From Mobula hypostoma (lineage: Eukaryota), in NCBI RefSeq assembly GCF_963921235.1, contig NC_086129.1:35836001-35900000 (forward strand): a DNA stretch of 64,000 nucleotides. The letters run 5' to 3'. Positions 13,673 through 25,101 of the stretch are shown here, piece by piece (within the stretch, counting starts at the first letter, position 1; each line of letters starts with the position of its first letter). The notes beneath the pieces were generated by a model. That model searched no databases and was not told the DNA's origin. It saw nothing but the letters and a program-made list of their open reading frames with translations. Position numbers and translations under genes: made by a program.

Positions 13673-14222
13673 CATAGTACTTGTTTAGATAAGCACCATG
13701 TTGGCATGGACATGTCAGTCTGAGTGGGCTGTTTCTGTATTGTGTGAGCCTATGACTTAAGGAACATATCTGGTTCATTGTACAGGAAATCTTACTCTAG
13801 CCAAATTGTATACATTACTAACTGCTAACTGGAGGAATACAGGTCCTCTCCAGCTTCCCATCTTCTGCTGAGTGGGAACTGCATTTCTAACTTGCAAATT
13901 GTTTGGAAACCACCCTAATCTGGGGACAATCTGGATTGAACTGAACTGGTAAGCATCAAAATACTGAAAATTCAGAAGAAGCATTAATTATAGGCCTTAT
14001 ACAATCCTACTGGAAGTACATTAGGCAACAGGGATTACATACTTGTTAGAATGATTGTAGCTGAATCTTTCGATCATTATATTCACTGCCTTAATTCCCC
14101 TCATCTTTCTTTGGTTCTTATTTAATTATCACCAAACACACTTACTCTATCAAAATACATAGAATATTCAACTGTTGCATGTTATCAAAGTACGGCCTTT
14201 GTACGGAGACATGCCATTTGAT

Positions 14223-14433
14223 TGGAGTTTGCCCCTGTCAATTGAGATGGAGACATATTGAAGGAAACACATCACAGTTCAGAGTGACAGTGTGGTTGGA
14301 AGCTCCACTTTGTCTTGGGTGGCAGGGAAAGTCCACCAACTGAAGCAGACTAACTGGTCATCAACTGCTGATAAAGTACCTTTAAAAACAGGCAGGTCTG
14401 TGGTCTGAGACACAGCTTCAAGAGAAGAGGAAG
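14223..14433 (+). promoter_or_regulatory. Type-A promoter and non-coding exon 1 of apolipoprotein copy 1
   Basis: HNF4-like sites (14223-14236; GAAAGTCCA 14327-14335), TGATAA 14369-14374, TTTAAAAA 14381-14388, donor AAG|GTGAG after 14433; colinear with type-B promoters. Confidence 0.7.
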
Positions 14434-14812
14434 GTGAGAGAAGCCCTGGATACACCATCTGTGTGATGGGGTCTAATTAAGGGGCACAGTGTATGCACAC
14501 TTAGCTGTGCATCTGTTCAGCAAATGTCTTTGCATAAAGTCAAATGTACTGTGTCAAGAATTCAGCTTTCTGTTTTCAATTGTGTGGCAGGGTACAATTG
14601 TCTGCTACAGTATGCAGTGGGAGATAAGAATACACGGGATGCCATTTATACAAGTCAGGGTTCTCATTTATCAGTGAGAAAATGTTCCACTTAAAAATGA
14701 ATAACTGTTGATGAAGGAATAGGTGTTGAATATTGATCTAAATCTTTTCATTTTTTTTTCACAGAATTTTTGAAAAGAGAGCAGGAATTCTACTTAGTGT
14801 GTGAAATCCATC

Positions 14813-16983
14813 ATGAATCAAGGGATGATCCTTGTATTAGCTGCTGCTATTTTCATGACAGGTATGAGATTCTATATCTAATCCTTTGTTTTAAATATTT
14901 TTTACACTGTTAGGTGTTTAGTGTTTCTCTTGAGCTTGCGCACCTTGGACACCAGATGTGCACACAACTGTTGAGCCCAATTTTAAGGTCAAGGTCTGAG
15001 CTTAGCAACCATTGGTTCTACAATTTGGTTCCTCTTTGGTGAAAGACTTGATTCGACACTCAGTCTGGAAAGATTTTAAACCAGGTCCCAAAAGACAAAT
15101 TATTTTACTCTAAAATCATCTAACCTCATCTCCTGAGAGGAGTACCTGATTATCCCTTCAATACGGAGTGTGTTATGGTGAAGTTGCATGGGCCTTACAA
15201 ACTGATTGCCTGCTAAATGAATAATAGGTATATTGAACTTGTTCCTGTGTTGCCACTGTGAAATGCTGCATTCCTTTTCTTTCATACAGGTTCCCAAGCT
15301 GAACTCAATAGATAGTAGATTCGAGATGCATTCTGGGATTACATCAGCCAATTGACCAACAATGACCTAAATGAAGGCTCAGAAATCAGCCAACAAGTCA
15401 AGTGAGTGTCAGCAATATTAGGAATAGTTACAGAAGTTGTGCTAGCTGGGACACACCTGGACATAGCAGTACAGGAAAATATTGACCGAAAAGCTAAAAT
15501 AGGGCTTTCTCTGCCAGTTTGAGATCAAATAGCAATGAGGCTGGTGTTTGAAATAACAGATGTTGCTTCTGGCACATGCTGAAAGTATCTCAGCAAAGTA
15601 ACGTTTATTCGTGTAATGAAATCAGATCAATGCATATAGCTATGTGTATAAGCAGGTATACCTTCAGGCATAGGAACAGCTTTATGTGAAGCCAGATGCA
15701 GCTACAGTTTATTTAAACTACAGTCATGTACAGACATGGAAAATGTAGATCTAAATAGATCTGTGTGCAGGAAGTAGCAGATATCAGATACAAGCCTTCA
15801 ACCATACCAAGGCTGTATCTGATATCTGCCACTTCCTCAACACAGATCTATTTAGGCCAACATTTCCCATGTCTGTACATGACTGTAGTTGCATCCTGTC
15901 CTGTGTTACTAAAGAACATGTGCAATTAATTCCAAAAGGTATTCTGATCCCAATGTCTTTCTTATTGTAAACCATCCAATCTTCTGCATGGTATGTTTGA
16001 CAATTGGACTTGCAAGGTGCTCTGTCTAAATGTATCTCTTTCCTGTAACGAGAATAAGAAACAACTGTCTCTTCTTTTCCAGTCACCTTATTCAGGATAA
16101 TCTGCAGGCCGTCAATGACTATGCTGAGGATCTCCGACAGAAGTTGGCTCCTTACACCGATGGTCTTCATGAGAAGATGACAGTAGACATTGAGAGCCTT
16201 CGCCAGCAGATAAGAGAACAGCTGGAAGACCTGAGGGAGAAACTTGCTCCATCTGCTGATGGAGTTCATCAGAAGATCAGCAGGAACATTGAAGAATTTC
16301 ATCAGAAGTTGACCACTTTTGCTGAAGACCTGGGCCAACAGCTGCGTAAGAATGCAGAGGAACTTGGGCAGAAGTTGACTCCCTTTACTGAAGAGCTACA
16401 GGCCAGATTGGAAGTGAGCACAGAGAACCTGAGGGAAGTCCTGACTCCCTACGCTGAGGAGCTCCAGATGAAGATTGATGAAAACATGGACACCCTCAGG
16501 CAGGATGTGGCTGCCAAAGCTGCTGAATTCCGCTCCAGGTTTAATAAGAATGTCCAGGAGCTTCGCAATAGCTTGGCCCCCTATGCCAAGGATGTCCAGA
16601 TCAAGATGAACCAACAAATTGGAGAAATGTCCCAGATGGTTGAACCATATGCCGAGAAGCTCCAGGCAAAAGTCAATGAGCATGTGGATGTTCTGAACCA
16701 AAGGCTGAACCCTTACATCGTCGAACTGAAGGCTAAACTTAACGAGAACATGGACCAGAACCTGGGCCCATTCATTGAAAATTTCAACACCAACGTTAAC
16801 CAGGGAATCGAGGAGTTCCATCAGAACCTGGCTCCCTACACTGAGCAGCTGAAACAAATCATCAGTCAGAATGTGAAGGAGATGCAGGAGAGACTTGTCC
16901 TGGGTGGAGGTAATGTTCAGCAGGATCTTCAGACCCAGCTCACCAATTTATGGGGCAACTTCTGGCAGCATCTGCAGAACTAA
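14813..16983 (+). pseudogene. Apolipoprotein A-IV-like copy 1, probable pseudogene; coding exons 14813-14861, 15290-15401, 16083-16983
   Basis: Signal peptide MNQGMILVLAAAIFMTG; exon 3 reads SQAELNR**IRDAFWDYISQL with TAG TAG at 15313-15318; exon 4 is open; AATAAA at 17143-17148. Confidence 0.85.
15716..15890. repeat. Long inverted repeat (about 80-bp arms, about 10-nt loop) in intron 3 of copy 1
   Basis: AACTACAGTCATGTACAGACATGG...GCAGATATCAGATACA pairs with TGTATCTGATATCTGC...CCATGTCTGTACATGACTGTAGTT. Confidence 0.85.
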
Positions 16984-17569
16984 TTGAGATGTAGAATGTG
17001 GCTCTATCAAACTGTGTGTCAAGACTCAGGGGTCCTCTTACTATCTCAAATGGTAATATGCCGAAATTATTTATTGTTTTTTGACTGAAAAGTATTAAAA
17101 TCAAATACTGAAACTTTGGAGCGTGAACTATAAAATACCTGCAATAAAACTTTAATATCTGAGAAGTTTTCCTTGCCGTACTACATGGTCGAAAATAGTT
17201 ATCACTAGAACTATGTAAATCATACTGCACAGAACAAAGCAATTCATCTAATTCATCCAACACACTACATCCCATTTTCCCACACGTTTCCCCAATTACT
17301 GCAAATATCTCTGACAAGCATTGGTGCAATGCAATTTTTGGAGATACTTATTGAAATCACACCTGCCCTATTCTGACATATCTTTGATGGAAATCTGCTC
17401 CTTCTGCAGCTTGGACAGCCTTCATAAAGTCTTTCGACCATACTTAACATCAGTAATTCAATCAGTGTTTCAAAGATTCTAACATAACTTCAATCCTATA
17501 TGTATTATTGAACAGGTCATTTCATCAGGCCACTGAACCTGCTAACTTTAATGTCTGCAGTGCAAGATC

Positions 17570-18100
17570 CGTAAGACATAGGAACAGAATTAGGCCACTT
17601 GGCACATCAAATCTGCTTCATCATTCAATCATGGCTGATTTATTTGCCTTCTCACCTGATTCTCCTGCCTTCTCCCTGAAACCTTTGACACAGCTACTAA
17701 TAAAGAATTGACCTACCTCCACTTTAAATATTCCCAATTACTTGGCCTCCATACCTGCATGTGGTAATGAATTCCACAGATTAACCACCCTATGGCTGAA
17801 GATATTCCTCCTCATCTCTGTTCTAAAGGGATGTCCTTCTATTCTGAGTCTGTGCCCTTTGGTTCTAGAGTCTTCGACAATTGGAAACATCCACTTCAGA
17901 AGCACTCCCTTTAAGTCTTGCAATATTTGTTAGATTTCAATCAAATTCCCCCGCAATCTTCTGAACTCCAGTGAGTACAGGTCCAAAGCCATCAAACGCT
18001 CCTCATATGTTAGCACTTTCATTCCCAGGATCATTCTTGTGAACCTCCTCAGGACCCTCTCCAACTGCCAGCACATCCTTTTCTAAATACAGGGCCCAAA
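17570..18100 (-). mobile_element. Old CR1-type LINE 3' fragment
   Basis: ORF 17738..17923 RTKGHRL...FRTEMRRNIFSHRVVNLWNSLP is a CR1 ORF2 C-terminus. Confidence 0.75.
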
Positions 18101-19864
18101 CCCATACATACACACCATATCTGTATACACACTGTCCCACACCACACCAGAACCATGTTTGGGTACCTGATATTATGACCATATGTTCTGTGCAGGTGAC
18201 TGTGGATCTCTGATGAACACTTACCCATTCATGCCAGCTGCTTATTACAAGCTTGTTTAAAGCCTGAAGATAACTACGATCAGGTACTGGACAGTGGGAA
18301 CGAGAGTTTATGCTCAGCGCAAGGAATAAGGTGTCTAGGTGCAATTAAAAGATCAGAGAGTGAGAATCGATGGAATTGGAGCAAGTGCAAACAGAGAGTT
18401 TAAGGATGCAGATAATCCAGTGGAGCAGAAAAGAAGTCATTTCAAGCGAGACAGATACAGATTCAGATTTATTTATCACATTTGTGTTAACAATGAACAC
18501 AACCCAAGGGTGTGCTGAGGCAGCCCGCAATTGTTTCCACACATTCCATCACAAACATTACTGGCCCAATATGTTCCAATAAATAACACAAGGAGCAACG
18601 ACAGCAAATTAGAAGAGACAATAGCAACAAAACAAACCCCTTTTCTATCCATTCACCCATTCACACACCCTGACAGGCCTCCAAACCCAGAGTAGTTCAC
18701 CCTTGGGCCTCCAGGCCTTGTCTCTGGATTCTCAGACTCACAGGCATCGGGCCTCCAACTTCAGACTTCACAGGACACTGATCATAGGTTTGACCTTCAG
18801 ACCTCAACTTCCAGACTTGCACAGATTTCTCACCCTGGTAACCCGTGTCTTCATGATTCCTTTGGACTCCCATGACTATTTTGAGCCCCTACTTCTACCT
18901 TCAGGCTTATAACTTTGGTTTTTCCCTCGGTACTTTGCCGGGTTTGAACCTGGAGCTTCTACTTCCACGTCAGTGGAATTTTCCATATCTACTGCTATAT
19001 CAGAGTCATGGGTTCCCACCCTAAATACATCATTGATTTTAAGTGGTGTTCAGCTTTGAGCACCAGAGAACAGAATAATTCTTCAGGCAAGTTGCCCAGA
19101 GCCAAGTCCATGACACTGGTCACGACTCAGCCACATGAGTTGAAGGTAGAAAGGGCACAAGCCCATAGTGACGGTTAATTTAAGACTTAGAAGGTCAGAT
19201 TGGGATTTCTGCAGTCATAAATGTGATCACAGTTTGACGTCTCAACTCACTTGTGCCAAAGCTAAGGACAGACTCAGGCAATAATATCCTGTTAATTCTC
19301 CCAGGCCGTTCTGTTGTAGCCAAAACATTGTGAAGCAGCCTAATCCTAGAGAGAAGGTCCATAACACTCGCCAGTGTAAATCAAGTAGTTTTTCAATATA
19401 AAGAGGGTTTCTCCTTCTGTTACCCTTTTGGACAGCGAGTTCGAGACACTTAACACCCTCGAGGTGAAAACCATTTCTCATCTCCCCTCTATGCCACTTG
19501 GCTTTTGTTGCTCTTTGAAGAAAAAAAAAGGAAAAAAAAAAAATTCGGTCCTACCTCTTTACTGTAGATCCTCATAATTTTACACCCCTCAGTCAATTCC
19601 CAAAGAAAACAACCCAAGCTTCTCTTCTCAAAGCTGAAATGATCTGGTTCTGTCAAGAGTCTTGAAAGAAGTGGCAAGTGAGAATTGATACAATGGTTTT
19701 AATTTTCCAAAGTTTTTTAGATTTGGGAAGGTTACTATTTCTTAGTCACTCATTTCAGTATTGAGCAGACTACACCTCTGTGACTGCTTCATATGTTTAC
19801 GTCCTTTCTGTGGGACGGTGGTGGAATGTTATCATTAGTACTCATAGTGTTCTGTTAAATATAT

Positions 19865-21837
19865 TGTCGCGCTCTGGTCGTGGTGGGTGGAGGGGGCATG
19901 TGGTCCTGGCCAGAACTCCTAGCAGCCAGCACTATTTATTGTACTTGTTTAAAATGCTTTCGTGGGATTATAGTGGGATGTTCAAGTTAATTTATTGTTA
20001 CCTTTCAGCTCGGGTTATTCTAATGTGCGTTTGTGGGTCACCCTGACAGTAACCAAGGTTTGTAATAATCACCTCCCCTGTCTGTGTGTGATTGAGTGGC
20101 TTCTCTCCCCGGGCCATAGTGCCTGGTCAGTTTTTGTGCTTGTCACAATAAAACTGGTAGTTGAGCATTTCTCATCTGTCATCATGGACCGAATGCTCAC
20201 CTCGCTGGTGTCAGGAGTGGGATTAGAAATTGACGGCGAGATTGAAGAACTACGACGTCAAATAGAACGCCTTAAAATCTGGGGAATAAGTCGAAGGACC
20301 GAGTAGTATGCCTCTCCCGCACCCTCAGACCAGGCTCTCGAAGACGGGACGCAGACCCAGAGGGAGGACTTGGGAACCGAGCATGGTGCTTTTCCAAGGA
20401 TCCCCGATGGGGCGAGCGTACCCAGGCTCCAAACTCTGGGGCACACAGTGGAGCATATCACCTGCCTCACTCTCAGCCCATGCAGAACCCAAGACGTCGC
20501 AGCCATGGAAGGACGGGCAATATGGCAGGCACCACCGATGCCCCTGGAACAAGAGGACAACCAAATGGCCTCAGGAGTTCACACCACAAGGTCCATCATG
20601 AAGCTCCCAGATACAATGGTACCAGCCGCTTGGAGCCTTACATGGCGCAAGTGAAACTTACGACATGGCACAGCAGATGGAGCCCCATCAAGACGACAGT
20701 ACACCTTGCCCTGGCACTGGAGGGGATGCCCTGCAGGCCCTTCTCGACCTAATATCGGCTGAGCAGCGTAACTACAGGGCCCTTATCATGGTGCTTCGAG
20801 CTGAGGCCATTGGAGGAAGCATTGAGGGAAGAACTGGGCAGCAGGCAGAACCATGTGAGAGAAAGCCTGGGGGCACTTGCAGCAGATCTCCACCACTGTG
20901 CTTGGCATGACTACCCCCAGTTCCCTCCTGCAACCCAGAAAGAGCTTGCCCTTCACACCTTTCTAAAGGTGCTGATACCCAAGTGCATTCAGAAGCAAGG
21001 CACCAGCAAAGGCAGAGAGGGCAAAACCAATTTTAGCCCCCAAAGTGTTCCAGCATCACCCCGCACACCACGAGCCCAGGCTTCTGTCACCAAGTCAGAG
21101 GAGGAAACAGACAAGCAGGAGCCAGTGAGACAGGTATAACCAGCGCTGTGCAGACCCTGCCATAGGCCACGGAACAATCTCTGCTACCAATGTGGCAAAG
21201 CAGGCCACGTGGCCAGGAATTGCCCAGCACCAGCGCCACACCGCAGCCCAGTGCAGCCAATGGGAAATGCCAAGTGGGTGGCAATACCTGAGACTTCCAG
21301 CAGAATCCTTCCGTTGTTGCCTCTCCGGGTGGGCCATTTGGATGAGGAGCATGGCTTGTACGTGGACTGCGTGGTGGAGGGCATCAGATGCCGTGCATCA
21401 GTAGGCACGGAGTCAACCAGCACCATCATCTGTCCCGGAGTCCTCCCCAGCAGGGACCAGCCAATCCTGCCTGCGTGTACAACGATGGCGGTCCAGCTGG
21501 CTACGGTCACAGGTGACTGTGCAGCGATGTGAAGAAAGAGGTGGCTGTGCATCGCAGTGGGGAAAAACACAGTGAAGCATGAGGTGTGGCCAGCTGACTT
21601 CTAGGAGTCCTGCATAATTGGCTGGACCTGCTGTCCCACTGGGGGGGGGGGGGAGGGCATGTGTGGATGTGCCAGGGGCAACTCCCTACCTCCGTGCAGA
21701 AGCCACAGTCTCCGCCAGGGAAGCTCCAGGATGCAGACGCGTTGGGGGCAGCAACAGCTACCATCGATCTCACAGCGGCCCGCGTTAGTGCAGCACAACC
21801 CACAGTGGCCCACAGCAAACCAGAGGCAATTGGCAGC
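19865..21837 (+). mobile_element. Truncated Gypsy-type LTR retrotransposon: 5' LTR, tRNA-Leu primer-binding site, degenerate gag and protease
   Basis: TG start at 19865, AATAAA at 20147, PBS TGGTGTCAGGAGTGGGATT 20206-20224, zinc knuckle CYQCGKAGHVARNC 21182-21223, decayed protease motif (RASVGTESTSTII); absent from the homologous spacer at about 55995-56180. Confidence 0.85.
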
Positions 21838-22227
21838 AACCACTATTTGAAGAAGAGAACTCTAAAGATTCAAAATCTGCTAAGACAAAACCCTTATTCT
21901 AACACTAATTCCAGTTCCAGATATCCCACAAGGCAAAAATATCCTCTCCCATTTATCCTGTCAAGATCCCTTATATGTTTCAATCAGGCCACCTCCCAGT
22001 TTTCTAAAGTGCACACACAAAAGATAACCGGTTCAGTCTTTCCTCATGAGACAACCCACCTATTTCAGATATTGTCTCCACTGAGCAGCTCCTGTCCTTG
22101 TTTAATTGAACTATTCACACCATTCCAGATGTGGTCTCACTCATACCCCATCGAACTGAAGAATAATCTGCCCACTAGTGAATGTAACCCCTCTGACAAT
22201 AAATAATACTCCATTTTATGAGCTTTC

Positions 22228-22577
22228 TCAGGTGTATAAGATGATAAGAGGCATTGATCGTGTGGATAGCCAGAGGATTTTCCTCAGGGCTGAAATGACT
22301 AGCACGAGGGGCATAGTTTTAAGGTGCTTGGAAGTAGGTACAGAGGGAATGTCAGGGGCAAGTTTTTCCACACAGAGTGGTAGGTGTGTGGAATGCACTC
22401 CGTCAGCGACGGTGGTGGAGGCAGATACAATAGGGTGTTTCAAGAGACTCTTAGGTACATGGAGCTGAGAGAAATAGCGGGCTATGGTAATCCTAGGCAG
22501 TTTCAAGAGTAGATTACGTGGTCGGCACAACATTATGGGCTGAAGGGCCTGTAATGTGCTGTAGATTTCTATGTTCT
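22228..22577 (+). mobile_element. CR1-type LINE 3' fragment specific to spacer 1
   Basis: VYKMIRGIDRVDSQR motif and TTCTATGTTC tail; missing at the homologous site near 56560. Confidence 0.85.
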
Positions 22578-23191
22578 TATTTACTGGCTGTAGCTTTATT
22601 TTCATCTTTTCTGATCCATGCTGTAGGACACCAAGATCCTTCTGTATCACCAAAACCCACCAATTACATCGTGTACTGCATATCTTTTATTTTTCCTACT
22701 AAAAAGGACAATTTCCACCATACATTTTGTCACCTCTTACATCCTCTTCACAACTTGCTTTCACACCAGTTGTGTCACTGACAAATTTAACACCGTAACT
22801 TTATCCAGGCCAGTTGTACTCGTTTTAAGACACACTGAGACACACAAGCCATCTCATCCTTCTGACCAGAAAAGTACCATTTATGCGAACTCTTGGCTTT
22901 TTCTGTTAACTATCCTGTTTTCTATATGAAACATTACCTCTTCTGTCAGTAAATTTTATTTTCACAGTAATATTTGATGTGGCACTTTATCAGTTTATCA
23001 ACTTGCAGACTTGTACCATGTGTCCCACTTTGTTCAGTTCAAGCAATAAGCTGACTTGAATGTGTATTTGATCTGAATGGTTGCCTTGACAACAGTACTG
23101 TGGCTTCCTGACTTTCACATAACCAAGTCCCACTGAAAAAGATACTTACTTTGCCCAGTCAGTTGGTTTACATGCAGTACATGCATTCATA

Positions 23192-23357
23192 TCTGCATCT
23201 AGCAAAGAACAAAATTCCCTCGTGGTTTTTGATAGTTTTTTCACAGAAATGCTAATTTTACACATGATATTCAGTCTGCATCTAGCAAAGAACAAAATTC
23301 CCTCGTGGTTTTTGATAGTTTTTTCACAGAAATGCTAATTTTACACATGATATTCAG
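23192..23357. repeat. Perfect 83-bp tandem duplication
   Basis: TCTGCATCTAGCAAAGAAC...CACATGATATTCAG at 23192-23274 and again at 23275-23357. Confidence 0.9.
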
Positions 23358-25101
23358 TGTGAGCCTGAGTGAGATCAAGTGTAAGTGTACAGATAACTGC
23401 TAAATCTCAGAGGATCCCACAATTAGCAATTTGCAGGTTATTCCATTCAGTGATGATTTCTCCAATTCCTTCCTTCGATTGGCTCTTAGTTTTAGTTACC
23501 AGATTTATAGCTTTAGACAGTTTCTGAAGGCACTGGATTAAAGTGAGTGCCTAATATCGTAACTGCCTCAGTGAGTAGATCAAATACTTACCAATAAATG
23601 AAATACCACTGTTCAAATTAATTTCTACATACTAGTTTTCTTTCTTGAGTAAATCGCCCTGTTCTGCTCATTTTCTCCTCTTTCCACTGCACTATAATAT
23701 CATTACCGCAGGGGGAAAAAAATCTCCATTTGCTTCAAGTATGCATTAAACAATCCTGCGTCTTGTCACAATTTAACCTTCCAATATATCCAGCCATACT
23801 CCAGTCTACCATTTTCCTCAAGTATCATTTACCTGAACAACCTGTTCATGTAATTTGATGTCTGGACGCAGTGCCACATTTTCAGTTTCCCCAAACTCAT
23901 TTAGTGTCACGTCCCATACTTTTGCAGCCTTGCCAATAACTCACAACAGGCATCAGCCACTTGACACAGTATTCACAGGTCAACTCTGCATCGAGTGGAG
24001 CTACTGTCCCACAGTGTCCCCATCTGGGTTCAACCCTGACCTTGAGCACTGTCAGCTTCAGATCCATCTATACATCATGTGTAGATCAAAACAGACATTT
24101 CCGTTAACAGCCAACACAATCTACGGCAGCCTGCAAGTGTCGCTATGCATTCCAACACCAACACAACATGCCCACAACGCTTGGCAGAGCAAGACAAAAC
24201 ACACAAGCAACAAAACAACTACAGCAAAACAATCCCTGTTCCTCCCTCCCACACACACAAACAAACTGTTGTCCAACCCCAGGACAGGCCTCTGGGCCTC
24301 CAGCGTCCAGTGAACTTGTAGATTCACAGACACTGGGCTTTGTTTTCCCCATTGGATTCGCAGTGGACTCAGGGCTCTGTGTGCAGTTTGCACGTTGTAC
24401 ATGAAGCAAAGTGGGTTTTCTTCAAATGCTCCTTTTCCTGACACACCTCAAAGTCAGACAGGTTGGTAGGTTATTGGACATTGTAAATTGCCGATAGACG
24501 GTTAGGATATGGGGAGATTTGAATGGAATGTGGGAAGAATTTAAAAATGCAGTTAATATAGTGTTAATGTAGGCTGTTGTTTGTCAAGGACTCCATTGGC
24601 CAAAGGCCTGTTTCTGTGCTGTGTGACTCTGTGACCATGAGGTCGCAGGTTTAAGCAACAGTGATTGTCTTGTGTGAATATGTTCACATGGAGAACTTTT
24701 AAGGCCTTAGCAGGTAAAACGATACAAAATCATAGATTCTTTTATCTCAGACAGGTCCTTGTTAGGCCCAGCATTTCTGTCTAAGGAATTAATTCCAATC
24801 ATCACACTTTCCACATGGCTTTACAATTTGCTTCCTCTCAATCTATTTGCGGAGGCAAGGGGAGATTCTTTCCATCCACTCCACAAGATTCATTCCAGAC
24901 GCCAGCAACTCATTATTCCGACATCTCCAATCTGCTTCCTTTGCTGATGATCTCGAATCAATGTCCTCAGGTTACCTAACCTGCTGCCAATGATGACAGA
25001 CTCTCCCTGTCATTAAAAATACCTCACCCCAAGTCCATAGAGTGATCTAATGTTACAGAGGTAACAAATCATGGCCTTTGGAATGAAAATTTAATCTTGA
25101 A

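Noticed and set aside
16030-16082. N-terminus MYLFPVTRIRNNCLFFSS of the five 317-aa ORFs
   Set aside because: Intronic read-through of the branch and polypyrimidine region; the real N-terminus comes from exons 2-3
16396-16857. 153-aa antisense ORF repeated in all five copies, and similar 133/184-aa ORFs
   Set aside because: Shadow of the exon 4 codon usage; recurrence reflects DNA duplication, not independent conservation
20206-20224. tRNA-Leu-like sequence as a tRNA gene
   Set aside because: Only the 3'-end complement including CCA is present; it is a retroelement primer-binding site
24143-24444. Cys-rich short ORFs recurring in four spacers
   Set aside because: Translations of a CA-rich interspersed repeat inside duplicated DNA
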